Below, piece by piece: positions 63,017-63,378 of a DNA stretch of 63,378 nucleotides (position 1 is the first letter of the stretch; the number at the start of each line of letters is the position of its first letter). The notes under the pieces were generated by a model that worked only from the letters and a program-made list of their open reading frames with translations, had not been told where the DNA came from and did no database searches. The stretch spans positions 109,376,113 to 109,439,490 of the forward strand of contig NC_068981.1 of assembly GCF_001194135.2 (NCBI RefSeq). Direction: 5' to 3'. The position numbers and the translations under genes were made by a program. The DNA is from Octopus bimaculoides (taxonomy: Eukaryota).

Positions 63017-63378
63017 CAGTTAGCCCATTCTCTCACTGATGTCCACATTTTTTGCTGATATACATCATGAGATATATCATCATCATCATCATCGTTTAAC
63101 GTCCGCTTTCCATGCTAGCATGGGTTGGACGATTTGACTGAGGACTGGTGCAACCGAATGGCTACACCAGGCTCCAATCTAATTTGGCAGAGTTTCTACA
63201 GCTGGATGCCCTTCCTAACGCCAACCACTCAGAGAGTGTAGTGGGTGCTTTTACGTGTCACCCGCACAAAAACGGCCACGCTCGAAATGGTGTCTTTTAT
63301 GTGCCACCCGCACAAGAGCCAGTCCAGGGGCACTGGCAACGATCTCGCTCGAAAACCCTACAAGGCCAGTCAGGCAGT
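63017..63378 (-). mobile_element. RTE 3'-UTR-derived repeat copy (CpG-rich, probably young; runs off the window)
   Basis: (CAT)n cgtttaacgtccgctttccatgctagcatgggttggacg... Confidence 0.85.

Overview
AT-rich, microsatellite- and repeat-dense eukaryotic DNA. The SINE, RTE and MITE repertoire suggests an octopus (inference). Most of the window is one minus-strand gene: a USP53/USP54 (echinus-like) deubiquitinase. I could join 16 coding exons by hand in consistent phase from ATG 47978 to TGA 6906, giving 4926 nt or about 1641 aa. The Cys/His/Asp catalytic motifs are intact. The protein also has an MIT-like helical region, a long Ser-rich disordered tail, a PP1-type KSVTF motif and a C-terminal CxxC-x11-CxxC finger. 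One intron appears to be GC-AG, and a short uORF abuts the start codon. The introns contain RTE LINE fragments, a degraded mariner, a near full-length degraded piggyBac with TTAA target sites, TTAA MITEs, R4-like and Penelope-like remnants, a Helentron-like element and many SINEs. The most unexpected signal is absent from the ORF track: a stop-free 59-codon LRRC45-like leucine-rich-repeat exon with a GTAAGT donor on the plus strand (16203-16380), antisense inside USP intron 12, with no sibling exons that I could find. Two promoter-like motif clusters (E-box/CCAAT/E2F-CHR at 67-144; CRE/ETS at 3488-3506) lie at the left end. All homology calls come from my recognition of motifs, not from database searches.
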